Shown here: positions 9,658-19,264 of the stretch, in pieces | How the letters are laid out: every line of letters starts with the position of its first letter | How positions within the stretch are numbered: position 1 is the stretch's first letter | Position numbers and translations under genes: made by a program | DNA from: Acidimicrobiia bacterium | GTDB lineage: Bacteria; Actinomycetota; Acidimicrobiia; Spongiisociales; ZC4RG35 | Reading direction: 5' to 3' | NCBI GenBank assembly: GCA_048595045.1 | Contig: JBMDXS010000224.1 | Coordinates: 1 to 60,866, forward strand | Length of the DNA stretch: 60,866 nucleotides | The notes under the pieces: model-generated | Told to the model about the DNA's origin: nothing | Seen by the model: the letters and a program-made list of their open reading frames with translations, nothing else | Database searches by the model: none

Positions 9658-11927
9658 GGATCTTGGCTCGTCGACTCGTGGATCGCTTGCCATACCCTCG
9701 ATTGGGTCAGCGGGAGGTCGAGCCGGTTGACCCCGTCGGGTCTCAGCGCGTCACGCACGGCGTTGAGGATGGCCGCAGGCACTCCGATACAGCCCGCTTC
9801 GCCGGCTCCCTTGGCCCCCAGCGGGTTGGAGGGCGCCGGGTGCACCAAGCGCCTGGAGACGAGTGGCATCGGCTGGGTAGCTGTGGGGATGAGATAGGTG
9901 ACGAGGTTGGTCGTCAGAGGCTGCCCGTCGTCGTCGTAGACGATCGACTCCAGAAGCGCCGAGCCAATCCCCTGCATGACCGACCCATGCAGTTGACCTT
10001 CCACGATCATCGGGTTCAGTACGTTGCCGCAGTCGTCGACCGCGACCAGCTGCAGCAACCCGACCTCACCCGTCTCTCGAAAGACCTCGACCACCGCTAT
10101 GTGAGACCCGTAGGGGAAGGTCTGGGCCTCGGGGTTGAAGATCTCATCGGCGGTGAGATCGATACCGAGGTCGTCGGCCCGTCCTGCGACATCGGCGAGA
10201 GCGAGCTCCGAGCCTGGCGACCCGACGACCCGGAAGGCTCCATTGACCAGTTCCAGGTCCGCCTCGGCCGCCTCGAGCATCTCCGACGCCACCTTGCGAG
10301 CCTGATCACGTACCTGCTCGGCCATTCGGAGCACGGCAGATCCGCCCAGCTGTGCGGAGCGGCTGCCATAGCTGCCCACAGAATCGGCCACCTCGTGAGT
10401 GTCGCCCGAGTAGAACAGGACCCGTTCCAAGGGCACAGAGAGCACATCGGCGGCGATCTGAGACCACACCGTTCGATGCCCTTGACCGGTCGGAGTGGAC
10501 CCGGTGCGGACTACGACCGACCCGTCGGTCAACAGCTCGACCTTCCCGTATTCACCCGTCCCCAAGGCCCCGCCGGCCCGTTCGATGAAGCTCCCGATTC
10601 CTATCCCGATCGGGTCGTCTCCGGTCCGCCGGCGTCTCGACTGCTCACTCCGCCAGCGATCGATCTCGACCGTCTCCAGGGCGAGGTCGAGGGCGGCCCG
10701 GTAGTCCCCCGAGTCGTACAGGGCGCCGGTATGAGTGCGATGCGGCCAAGAGGCAGGCTGGAGGAAACTCTTGTGGCGGACCGCCTCCGGATCCAGACCG
10801 ATCTCGGCGGCGAAGGCATCCACGGCAGTCTCTACGGCGATCGCCCCTTCAGGTCTCCCGGCTCCTCTGTAGGGCCCCGTGGGAGCCTTGTTCGTCACCA
10901 CGGCCCGTGCCGTCGCCTCGAAGTACTCGACGTCATAGAGACCTTGAGAGACATATTGGGTGAAGAAGGGAACCCGTGACCCCGCGTTGGGATAGGCCCC
11001 CATGTCGCCGAAGATCTCGAAATGAAGGCCACGGATCCGGCCGTCGGAGTCACCTCCGATGCGACCTCGCACGATGATGCCCCGACCATGAGTGCCGGTG
11101 ATCATCTGCTCCGAGCGGGTCTGGATCCAGACGACTGGCCGACCCATGCGATGAGAGAGTGCAGCCACCACCGCGTACTCAGGGTAGAACGGTCCTTTGG
11201 TCCCAAACGCGCCCCCGACGTCGGGTACACGCGCCCTGATCGCAGCCGGCTCGAGCCCTAGGAGCGGGCCGATCGTCTTGGGGAGACGGCCCGGCGCCTG
11301 ATGCCCGCACCAGATCTCGAGACCGTACGGTGCCGGCTTGGCCAGGATCGCCAGCGGTTCGATCGTCACCGGCGACAGCCGCGGGATCACAACCTCCATC
11401 TCGGCGGACCGCTCGTAGCTGGGCACGGGTCCCGGGCTCTTTATCGTGCGTTCCTCGACGAGATTGGTCCCGGTCTCGGGGAAGAGCAGTACGTCGTCGG
11501 CCTGGGCCGTCCGGGGGTCGGTCACAGGACGCAGAGGATCGACTTCGGGCCAAATTACCTCGGCGGCGTCGACGGCCTGCGCCGCGCTCTCCGCTACGAC
11601 AACGGCGAGCGGCTCTCCGACATATCTGACTCGGTCACGTGCCAGGGGAGGCTGACCCATCCCGACCGCGGTTGCGACTCCCGGCCCCCCGGGAGACGAC
11701 GGGAGATCGGGCAATGACAGTGTGTCTGCCCGATGGGCGGCGACGACTCCGGGCATGGAGAGGGCATCATCGAGAAGGGGAGATTCGAGGACGCCGTGGG
11801 CGATCGGGCTCCTCACGAAGACGGCGTGGAGGGTCTGGTCGTCGATCAGGTCGGCGACGTACGAACCGGTGCCGGTTACGAGGGGAAGGTCTTCCAGTCG
11901 CCGCTCGACGATCCCGACGCTTGACAC
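9654..11927 (-). CDS. Xanthine dehydrogenase-family molybdopterin-binding subunit (CoxL/CutL form-II-like)
   Basis: 757 aa. N-terminal VERRLEDLPLVTGTGSYVADL and active-site loop GPYRGAGRPEG (AYRGAGR-type, not the VAYRCSFR of true CO dehydrogenases). Confidence 0.85.
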   Translation of the reverse strand: MSSVGIVERRLEDLPLVTGTGSYVADLIDDQTLHAVFVRSPIAHGVLESPLLDDALSMPGVVAAHRADTLSLPDLPSSPGGPGVATAVGMGQPPLARDRVRYVGEPLAVVVAESAAQAVDAAEVIWPEVDPLRPVTDPRTAQADDVLLFPETGTNLVEERTIKSPGPVPSYERSAEMEVVIPRLSPVTIEPLAILAKPAPYGLEIWCGHQAPGRLPKTIGPLLGLEPAAIRARVPDVGGAFGTKGPFYPEYAVVAALSHRMGRPVVWIQTRSEQMITGTHGRGIIVRGRIGGDSDGRIRGLHFEIFGDMGAYPNAGSRVPFFTQYVSQGLYDVEYFEATARAVVTNKAPTGPYRGAGRPEGAIAVETAVDAFAAEIGLDPEAVRHKSFLQPASWPHRTHTGALYDSGDYRAALDLALETVEIDRWRSEQSRRRRTGDDPIGIGIGSFIERAGGALGTGEYGKVELLTDGSVVVRTGSTPTGQGHRTVWSQIAADVLSVPLERVLFYSGDTHEVADSVGSYGSRSAQLGGSAVLRMAEQVRDQARKVASEMLEAAEADLELVNGAFRVVGSPGSELALADVAGRADDLGIDLTADEIFNPEAQTFPYGSHIAVVEVFRETGEVGLLQLVAVDDCGNVLNPMIVEGQLHGSVMQGIGSALLESIVYDDDGQPLTTNLVTYLIPTATQPMPLVSRRLVHPAPSNPLGAKGAGEAGCIGVPAAILNAVRDALRPDGVNRLDLPLTQSRVWQAIHESTSQDP

Positions 11928-11991
11928 CTGAGCAACCGTAGTGTGAATCGTCCCGTGGTAACCGGGACCGTTGGCGGGATCGTGGCCCCGC

Positions 11992-12354
11992 TCAGGCCTC
12001 GACGATCACCCGATGGCTCATCCCGCGCTCGTAGTGATCGTTCAAACCGCCATCGTCGTCTTGTGCGACGATCCGGCAGCTGAACACATAAGAGCCAGGC
12101 GCAAGAGGGGCATCGAGGGTGGTGGCAGCCCCTGATTCGATCAGACCGGAAGCAGCCACGACGTGCCCATCCTCGGTCGTGACCACCAGAGTATGTGACC
12201 ACTCACCGACGTTCTCGACGGTGATGGAGTCGGTCCCGGCCGGGACACGCTCGGGCCCGCCCACGACCCATTCATCCAGTACATAGTGATCCGTCCCGGC
12301 ACCGGTCGCGCAAGCGACGACGACGAGGAGGAGGCAGCTAGCCAGTCGTCTCAA
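11992..12354 (-). CDS. Cupredoxin-like (putative type-1 copper) lipoprotein
   Basis: TTG start at 12354 gives M-RRLASCLLLVVVACATG (lipobox VVAC). Mature part ITVENVGEWSHTLVV...PGSYVFSCRIVAQDDDGGLNDHYERGMSHRVIV carries a His...Cys...His...Met ligand set. The longer 268-aa ORF-track version has a junk-like Arg-rich N-terminus inside the kinase gene. Confidence 0.6.
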   Translation of the reverse strand: MRRLASCLLLVVVACATGAGTDHYVLDEWVVGGPERVPAGTDSITVENVGEWSHTLVVTTEDGHVVAASGLIESGAATTLDAPLAPGSYVFSCRIVAQDDDGGLNDHYERGMSHRVIVEA

Positions 12355-13808
12355 CTCATCGCCTCCACCCGTTCTCTGACCGGGGAGGCGGGAATCGAGA
12401 TCTGGAAGGTGGTGCCCTCGGGAGAGGTTTCCACGGCGAGAGAGCCCTCGAGGGCCTCGACGATCATCCGCGCCATGTAGAGACCCAGGCCAGTGCCGGA
12501 GGAGAAGCTCGACTTCTCGAATTTCTCGAATATCCGGGGCAGGAACTCGTGGTCGATCCCGGGCCCGTCGTCGGTCACTGTCACGTAGATGGCACTGGCC
12601 GGCCTGTCTCCGACCTCGATCTGCGGGTCGACCTGAGGAGTGAGGGCACAGCCCACCGCGACCGATGTCGCTCCGTGGGTGAAGGCGTTGTCGACGAGGG
12701 AGCCCACGACCAGGCATAGGGCGCCGACATCGGTGTTGACGGTCCCGGAGACACCGTCCAGCTCGATCTCGACGCGAGCCGCGGGCTGGGCCAGACACAG
12801 GGCCTGGGTCATCTCCGCGATGGGGACATCGGTCAGCTCGTAGGACAGCCCGCGGTTCTCGATGCGGGCCACAGCCAAGATCTGGTCGATGATCTCCTGA
12901 AGTCTCGACCCGTCGGCGACCATCGCATCGAGCAGCGCCGTCTGATCGGCTTCGGCGAGATCTCTCGATCGGAGGAGCTCGGCTCCTGTCACGACACTCG
13001 TGAGCGGTGTTCGCAACTCGTGATTGATCATCAAGACGAACTCGGAGCGGATTCTGATCTTCTCCTCGGCGAGCGCCAGGGCCTCCTCCGCCTGATGCCG
13101 CGCCTGCTCGAGGCTGGCATTGGCCCGGCTCAGCTCGATCGAGTTGGTGCGGAGGATCTCAGACTCCCGGGAGATGGTTCGGTGACGCCGAGCCGCCCTG
13201 GTGTGACCGACGAGCACCGCGACGGCGAGGACCGCGAATATCGCCGCCAGACCGAGGAGCTGGATCGGAGTCGAGCCCGCGCCCGGTGTTGGGGTCCGTC
13301 GCCCCAGGAGTTGGGCGACGTCGTAGTGGATGAGGATGGATCTCTCCGGCCCGAGGGGCGCGACGACCTGGTAGAGGACACTCCCACTCGGCCATGAGAC
13401 CACGCCGTCCAGCTCGAGATCGGAGCCGATGGCGCCGGCCAACGCCATCAGGCGGCCCTCGGACGCCCCCATCGCGATCAACGGATCGTCGATCGATTCA
13501 CCCACGAGCGGGGCCGACGTGGAGGCGGCCACGACGCCGTCCCGATCGAGGATCGACAACGCTTCGACCCGCAACTGGTTCCGGGCTCGACGGACGCCGA
13601 GATCGATGTCTGCTGACGTGCTGACGATGTCGCGGGCCACCCCACTGTCCGCCAGGAATATCGCCCCCTCACCTGTCAGCCTCGTCGATTCCCTCTGCAC
13701 GATGGCGGCCCCGAGCAGCGCGGCCGCGGTCAGTGCGGCGCAGATTGCGCTGAGCACCATCCACCAGCTCGATGGTCTTCGGGCCAGATCACGTTGGACC
13801 CGTCTCAC
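12351..13808 (-). CDS. Sensor histidine kinase (two TM segments, periplasmic loop, HisKA + HATPase_c), no cognate response regulator adjacent
   Basis: H-box FVLMINHELRTPLTS, N-box LVDNAFTHG, G-boxes DDGPGID and GTGLGLYMARMIV. Two hydrophobic spans flank a ~160-aa extracytoplasmic segment. Confidence 0.85.
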   Translation of the reverse strand: MRRVQRDLARRPSSWWMVLSAICAALTAAALLGAAIVQRESTRLTGEGAIFLADSGVARDIVSTSADIDLGVRRARNQLRVEALSILDRDGVVAASTSAPLVGESIDDPLIAMGASEGRLMALAGAIGSDLELDGVVSWPSGSVLYQVVAPLGPERSILIHYDVAQLLGRRTPTPGAGSTPIQLLGLAAIFAVLAVAVLVGHTRAARRHRTISRESEILRTNSIELSRANASLEQARHQAEEALALAEEKIRIRSEFVLMINHELRTPLTSVVTGAELLRSRDLAEADQTALLDAMVADGSRLQEIIDQILAVARIENRGLSYELTDVPIAEMTQALCLAQPAARVEIELDGVSGTVNTDVGALCLVVGSLVDNAFTHGATSVAVGCALTPQVDPQIEVGDRPASAIYVTVTDDGPGIDHEFLPRIFEKFEKSSFSSGTGLGLYMARMIVEALEGSLAVETSPEGTTFQISIPASPVRERVEAMS

Positions 13809-13867
13809 CGGAGAAAAATCGGAATTTTCGGCGGATTTCTTGAGATGGGGCGGGCGGCCCGGGCCTG

Positions 13868-15673
13868 CTAGATCAGGTACCAGTCGAGGAATCGCTCCAA
13901 ACGGCGGAAGAAATGGAGCTGCGAATCGCGGCGAAGGACACCATGCCCCTCCTCGGGATAGGTGATGTACTCGTAGGTGGCGCCGACCCGGTCGAGACCC
14001 TCGACCAGCTCCTCGGCCTGTTTGGGATGGATTCGGCCGTCAATCTCGCCGTGTGCCAGCAATAGCGGGCGGGTGATTCGCTCGATCCGATGGATGGGGG
14101 ACCCGGCGTGATAAGCCCGACGATCATCCGACGGATGGCCCATTTGACGCTCCAAGTCCTCGCGCCCGATGCGGTCACCTTGAGCCCAGGAAGTGAGGAT
14201 GTCGATGTCCCCGGACTTGGAGGCACCGCAGGCGAACCGATTCTCGGGATGCACCAACGACGAGTGGACCAGGTATGACCCGTAGCTCGCACCGAAGATG
14301 GCGATCCGGGAGGGGTCCACCCAGTCCAATTCGCCCAGATAGACGGCGGCGGCCTGACAGTCCTCCACGTCACCAACTCCCCACTCACCGTGATTCGCCC
14401 TCTCGAATTCGAGCCCGTAACTGGTGGAGCCCCGGAAGTTGATCGCGAGCCAGGCGTACCCCTTGTCGACGAAATACTGGGCGTGACCGTCCCATTCGTC
14501 CCCGTAGTGATCGGTAGGTCCGCCATGGGGATAGACGACGGCAGGCACGGGGTTGGAGGTGTCCGCCGGCCTGAAGAGGAATCCCTCGATCTCGAGCCCG
14601 TCGTACGAAGTGAAGGTGACCCGCTCGATCTTGGAGTGTGGAGCGGATCGCACCGGGGCCGGGACTCCCTCGTAGAGCGTGCTCCTGGCCCCGTCCTCTC
14701 CCACCATGTAGATGGCTGGGGGGGAATCTGCTGCCTCGTGGATTGCGACCACGCCATTTGGCGTGACAAGGGGCCATCCCCAACTCCCGCCCGGCGCCAC
14801 GGTCTCCACCGACCCATCGTTATCGATCCGGACCAGGTCGGCCGTCCCTCTGGCGGTGGCGATCGCATACAGGCTCCGACCGTCCTCGCCCCAGGCCAGC
14901 GAAGAGAAGTCCCGGTTGCCCCCGGCCAGCTTCACGCTGCCATCGTTGTCGAGACCGGTCACGAACACACCTGCCCATTCACCGTCCTCCAAGGTGTAGG
15001 CAACCCGATCGCCGGCTACTGCATGGTTGCCCGCCCGACGATCGGGGTGACCGACCAGCGTGTGCCACGATCCGTCGGGCTCGATCATGACGATGTCGCT
15101 GCGGCTGAAGTCGGTCTTGGGGTAATAGGAGCAGAGGATCCGGCCATAGGCCATGGCCACCGGCCTGCCCACGTCCCCCTCGCCTGGCCCGATCGGTACC
15201 GGCCAGGCGTCATCGATGTCCACGATCGCCAGACGGGTGAAGCGGTCCCGATCCACGATCACACTGAGTCGTTGGTCGTCGATCCAGGTCCCGGAAGATC
15301 CGGCCATCAGACGTCGGACCGGTCCACCCGACGAAGGGACGAGCATGACGTTCCCCTCGTAGTCGAAGGCGATGGTCTGTCCGTCCGGGGACCAAACCGG
15401 GGCTGAATCATCCCAGAAGGCCACCGCGCCTCTATTCGAGGTGAGCCGCGTGAGGGCTCTGTCCTCGAGACCAATCGACCAGATGTCGGAGGTCCCTTCC
15501 AGGTCGAGCACGAACGCGACGGTGGACCGGTCGGGGCTGAGCGACGGATGATGGGGCCGAGCCGTGGCGAACACGTCCTCCAACCGCCAATGTCTGGGTG
15601 GCTCCAGATCGGGTCGGGGCTGGCTGGGGATGCCACCGACCAGGTCCTTGCCCACGAAGAGGGGTTTGCTCAC
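13868..15673 (-). CDS. S9-family serine peptidase (prolyl oligopeptidase / acylaminoacyl-peptidase-like) with N-terminal beta-propeller
   Basis: 601 aa. Repeated WSPDG-type propeller motifs (VWSPDGQTIAF), nucleophile elbow FGASYGSYL, and a C-terminal GEIDGRI...EGHG Asp/His region. Confidence 0.85.
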   Translation of the reverse strand: MSKPLFVGKDLVGGIPSQPRPDLEPPRHWRLEDVFATARPHHPSLSPDRSTVAFVLDLEGTSDIWSIGLEDRALTRLTSNRGAVAFWDDSAPVWSPDGQTIAFDYEGNVMLVPSSGGPVRRLMAGSSGTWIDDQRLSVIVDRDRFTRLAIVDIDDAWPVPIGPGEGDVGRPVAMAYGRILCSYYPKTDFSRSDIVMIEPDGSWHTLVGHPDRRAGNHAVAGDRVAYTLEDGEWAGVFVTGLDNDGSVKLAGGNRDFSSLAWGEDGRSLYAIATARGTADLVRIDNDGSVETVAPGGSWGWPLVTPNGVVAIHEAADSPPAIYMVGEDGARSTLYEGVPAPVRSAPHSKIERVTFTSYDGLEIEGFLFRPADTSNPVPAVVYPHGGPTDHYGDEWDGHAQYFVDKGYAWLAINFRGSTSYGLEFERANHGEWGVGDVEDCQAAAVYLGELDWVDPSRIAIFGASYGSYLVHSSLVHPENRFACGASKSGDIDILTSWAQGDRIGREDLERQMGHPSDDRRAYHAGSPIHRIERITRPLLLAHGEIDGRIHPKQAEELVEGLDRVGATYEYITYPEEGHGVLRRDSQLHFFRRLERFLDWYLI

Positions 15674-15718
15674 TTAGGGGTTTCTCCGAGAAGCGGGAAG
15701 ATAGCCCCCGGCTGTGGC

Positions 15719-16774
15719 TCAGCGGAAGGCGGCCAGCACAGCCATTACGTCAGGGCCGAGCGCTTCGAGGTTGTACCCGCCCTCCTGCACCAGGACTGTG
15801 GGTAGACCCAGTGTGGCCAGCCTCTGGCCGACGGCGGCGAACCCCTGGTTGCTGACACGAAGTGGGCTCTCGGGGTCCGAGGCGCCGGCATCGACCCCGA
15901 GCGACACGACCATGAACGAGGGCTTCAGAGCCGCCACGTTGGCGCATATCCGGTCGAGGGCCTCCAGGAACGCCCCGTCGTCACTGCCCGGGGGCAGAGG
16001 AAGATTGAGGTTGGCCCCGACACCGTCCGCTGTTCCCGTCTCGTCGGCAAAGCCACACCAGTGCGGGAACCAGCCCTCACCGGGATCGACGTGTATCGAG
16101 TGATAGTGCACGTCGTCGCGCTGGTAGAAGATCTGTTGCGTGCCGTTGCCGTGGTGGGCGTCGATGTCGACGATTGCGACCGGGCGCTCACTTTCCGACG
16201 CCAGCCAGTGGGCCGCCACCGCCACATTGTTCAGGTAGCAAGAGCCGCCGAAGTAGGAAGTGCCCGCATGATGACCGGGGGGGCGGACCGGCGCGTAGAC
16301 AGCCGGCGCGCCATCCTTGACGAGGCCCGCTGCGGTGAGGGCCCCGTCGACGGCGGAACATGCCCCTCGGTACGTGCCGGGGCCGATGGTGGTGGCGGTG
16401 TCCATGCAATACACACCGGCCAGGGCGGCGCGGCTCGTCGGCAGACGCGAGACGTATACGCCAAAGGCCTCAGGGTGGCGGAAGGCGTAGGGGACTACGA
16501 GGTCGGCCCCGGGGTAGTCCGGGTACCCGGCCTCCATCCATCTCTGATGGGCGGTCTCCAGGTAGTCGATCATGCCGGGCAGATGCACCGCTTCGATGGG
16601 GGCTCGCCCGTGGTCCTTGGCCGGGACCATCTCCACCCCGGCTTGTTCCAGCGCGATGCGGAGGGCGACCGCCCGGTCGGCTTCTTCGTCGCTGGGCATC
16701 TTCAGCCCGGCCCAGACCAACCAGTTGGCGTCGTGCGCCAGATAACCGTCCGACCACACCGAGACCAGGCTCAA
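15719..16774 (-). CDS. Histone-deacetylase-family amidohydrolase (acetylpolyamine amidohydrolase / AcuC-like)
   Basis: RPPGHHA, VDIDAHHGNGTQQIF, SLGVDA, EGGY motifs. ATGA overlap with the upstream aminotransferase stop (16771-16774). Confidence 0.85.
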   Translation of the reverse strand: MSLVSVWSDGYLAHDANWLVWAGLKMPSDEEADRAVALRIALEQAGVEMVPAKDHGRAPIEAVHLPGMIDYLETAHQRWMEAGYPDYPGADLVVPYAFRHPEAFGVYVSRLPTSRAALAGVYCMDTATTIGPGTYRGACSAVDGALTAAGLVKDGAPAVYAPVRPPGHHAGTSYFGGSCYLNNVAVAAHWLASESERPVAIVDIDAHHGNGTQQIFYQRDDVHYHSIHVDPGEGWFPHWCGFADETGTADGVGANLNLPLPPGSDDGAFLEALDRICANVAALKPSFMVVSLGVDAGASDPESPLRVSNQGFAAVGQRLATLGLPTVLVQEGGYNLEALGPDVMAVLAAFR

Positions 16775-18099
16775 GCCATTCCCGAGAGCGCGGCGACGAG
16801 CCGGTCGACGATCAGGTCGATCTCGTCGTCGAGAAGGGTGAGCGGTGGACCGATCAACAGGAGGTCACCATCGGTTCCGTCGACGGTACCGGTCGAGGGG
16901 TAGAGGAGGAGGCCGAGTTCTATCGCACGCTCCAGGACCTGCTCGGTGATCCGCGCCGACCGGGGGTAGGGCTGCTTGGAGTCCCGATCCCGGACCATCT
17001 CGACACAGATGAGGAGCCCGAGCCCTCGGACGTCGCCCACCAGTGTGTTCTCGGCGAGTGCCGTCTCGAGGCGACCGAGAAGCTTTTCACCCTGGGTGCG
17101 GGCACGATCGACCAGCCGCATATCGACGATCCGCTTCAGCACTGCAAGCCCGACCGCGGCCCCGACCGGGTGATGCGACCAGGTGAACCCGTGGATCAGA
17201 CCGCCGCCTTCTTCGATGACGTCATGCACCTGGCCGTCAGCGATCGCCAGCCCGAGCGGCCAGTATCCCGAGGACGCCCCTTTGGCCGAGACGAGCAGGT
17301 CGGGGTGAAAACCGAAATGATCGGACCCGAACCATTCCCCGGTGCGCCCGAACCCGGTCATCACCTCGTCGGCCACGATGAGGATGCCGTGACGCCGGCA
17401 GACGCGGGCGACTTCCTCCCAGTACCCGGCTGGCGGCACAGCGGCCCCGCTGGTGGCTCCCCCAATCGGCTCGGCCACGAAGGCTGCGATCCGTTCTGGC
17501 CCGGCCCTGGCGATCGCCTCCTCGAGCCGTTCGGCGTGGAAGATCGCACAGCCGTCGGGATGATCCGGGTTGGGGCATCGATACTCGCTCACCGCGGGCA
17601 CCCGCACCGTCTGGCCGAGCCAGGGCTCGTAGGGCCGTCGCAGAGTATCCCTTCCCGACACGTCGAGTGCGCCCCGCGTGTTGCCGTGATACGAGGAGCC
17701 ACGGGCGATCACGATCGAGCGATCCGGCTCTCCTCGGGCCAGGTGATAGGCCCTGGCCATCTTCAGCGCGGTCTCGATGGCCTCGGACCCGCCCGACACC
17801 GGGTACACCCGGGCGTCGTCCATTGGCACCAAGCCGGCAACGGCCGCCGCATACTCCTCGACCGGGGCGGTGGTGAACGCTGAGGCGTGCACCCACTCGA
17901 GAGTCTCTGCCTGGGCCGCCATGGCCGCCGCCATCCCCGGATCGCCGTGGCCGATCGGCGAGGCGATGGCCCCACCTGCCGCGTCGAGGTACTTCTTTCC
18001 GTTGGCATCGGTGATCCACGCGCCGGCCGCCTTCACCGCCATCGGCAGGGGTGTGCGGCTCCGGGTGAAGACAGACGTTTCGCTCATGGACCGCGGCAC
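16771..18099 (-). CDS. Class-III (omega) aminotransferase, PLP-dependent
   Basis: 442 aa. SGGSEAIETALKMAR, IVADEVMTGFGRTG, and PLP-lysine context DLLVSAKGASSGY. Confidence 0.85.
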   Translation of the reverse strand: MPRSMSETSVFTRSRTPLPMAVKAAGAWITDANGKKYLDAAGGAIASPIGHGDPGMAAAMAAQAETLEWVHASAFTTAPVEEYAAAVAGLVPMDDARVYPVSGGSEAIETALKMARAYHLARGEPDRSIVIARGSSYHGNTRGALDVSGRDTLRRPYEPWLGQTVRVPAVSEYRCPNPDHPDGCAIFHAERLEEAIARAGPERIAAFVAEPIGGATSGAAVPPAGYWEEVARVCRRHGILIVADEVMTGFGRTGEWFGSDHFGFHPDLLVSAKGASSGYWPLGLAIADGQVHDVIEEGGGLIHGFTWSHHPVGAAVGLAVLKRIVDMRLVDRARTQGEKLLGRLETALAENTLVGDVRGLGLLICVEMVRDRDSKQPYPRSARITEQVLERAIELGLLLYPSTGTVDGTDGDLLLIGPPLTLLDDEIDLIVDRLVAALSGMA

Positions 18100-18123
18100 G
18101 TTACGCCCCCGGTTAGCTTCCAG

Positions 18124-19254
18124 GTGGTGTCAGAGACTTCTGCGGTTCGGGCCCGGTTGCGGAATCTCGGCTTCGCCATTGGGACCATGGAAACCGGCCC
18201 CGAGAACGCCATCACCGATGTCCCCGGGGTCCTTGTCGGCCACTCCACGCTGATCCGGGACGAGCCAGAAGTGGTCCGGACCGGCATCACCATGGTTGTT
18301 CCCCGTGAGGGGGTATGGACCGACTATGTCTATGCCGGTAGTCATGTGCTCAACGGAGACGGCGAGATGACCGGTCTGATCTGGGTTGCCGAATCGGGCA
18401 TGCTCGGCTCCCCGATCGGCATCACCAGCACCTCTCAGGTGGGAATGGTGCGTGACTTCCTGGTTGCCGAGACCTACCGGCTCGGAGTGCGGGGAGGGTT
18501 CCACCTCCCCGTGGTCGGCGAGACGTGGGACGGGTGGTTGAGCACGCCGGGTTCCTTCCCGCTCACCTCACAGCACGCTGCCGAGGCGCTCGGGTCGGCA
18601 GTCTCCGGTCCGGTGGCTGAAGGCTCCGTCGGGGGCGGCACCGGGATGATTTGTCACGACTTCAAGGCCGGGATCGGCACCTCCTCCCGAGTCGCAGCCG
18701 CCGCCGGTATGACGTTCACGGTGGGCGTGCTGGTCCAGGCCAACTACGGGTCACGACCCGATTTGAGGGTCGATGGTGTCCCGGTGGGCCGTGAGATCGG
18801 CTACGACGTTGTGCCCTCGGCCTGGGACGACCCGCCAGTGGGCGGGTCGATCCTCACAGAGCCACCCAATGGGGGCTCGATCATCATCCTGATCGCCACC
18901 GACGCCCCCCTCCTCCCGGTGCAGTGTCGCCGGCTTGCCCAACGGGCGACCGTGGGTCTGGCCCGGGTCGGGGGTTATGGCCACGAGTCGAGCGGTGACA
19001 TCTTCATCGCCTTCTCCACCGGCAACCATTTGGGCGGGCCGCATGACGTCCCGTATCAGGTGACGACACTTCCGCTCGACTCCATGGACGAGATCTTCCA
19101 CGCCGCGGCGGATGCCACCGAGGAGGCGATTGTGAACGCACTATGTGGCGCCGCCACCATGACCGGGCGCGCCGGACATGTCGCCCATGCGCTCCCTCTC
19201 GACACCCTCGTCGAAGTGATGGGCCGGCACCGGACAGAAGACGAGCGGTCATAA
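18124..19254 (+). CDS. DmpA/BapA-type (peptidase family S58/P1) aminopeptidase
   Basis: ITDVPGVLVGHSTL...RTGITMV..., GGGTGMICHDFKAGIGTSS, and the GSIIILIATDAPL self-processing family pattern. Start set at GTG 18124, just beyond the divergent aminotransferase start at 18099. Confidence 0.75.
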   Translation: MVSETSAVRARLRNLGFAIGTMETGPENAITDVPGVLVGHSTLIRDEPEVVRTGITMVVPREGVWTDYVYAGSHVLNGDGEMTGLIWVAESGMLGSPIGITSTSQVGMVRDFLVAETYRLGVRGGFHLPVVGETWDGWLSTPGSFPLTSQHAAEALGSAVSGPVAEGSVGGGTGMICHDFKAGIGTSSRVAAAAGMTFTVGVLVQANYGSRPDLRVDGVPVGREIGYDVVPSAWDDPPVGGSILTEPPNGGSIIILIATDAPLLPVQCRRLAQRATVGLARVGGYGHESSGDIFIAFSTGNHLGGPHDVPYQVTTLPLDSMDEIFHAAADATEEAIVNALCGAATMTGRAGHVAHALPLDTLVEVMGRHRTEDERS

Positions 19255-19264
19255 TTCGGCCCCG

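Noticed and set aside
11992-12798. 268-aa version of the cupredoxin ORF extending into the histidine kinase gene.
   Set aside because: The first ~150 residues are Arg-rich junk overlapping the well-supported kinase frame. A TTG at 12354 yields a clean lipoprotein signal and a stop/start overlap.
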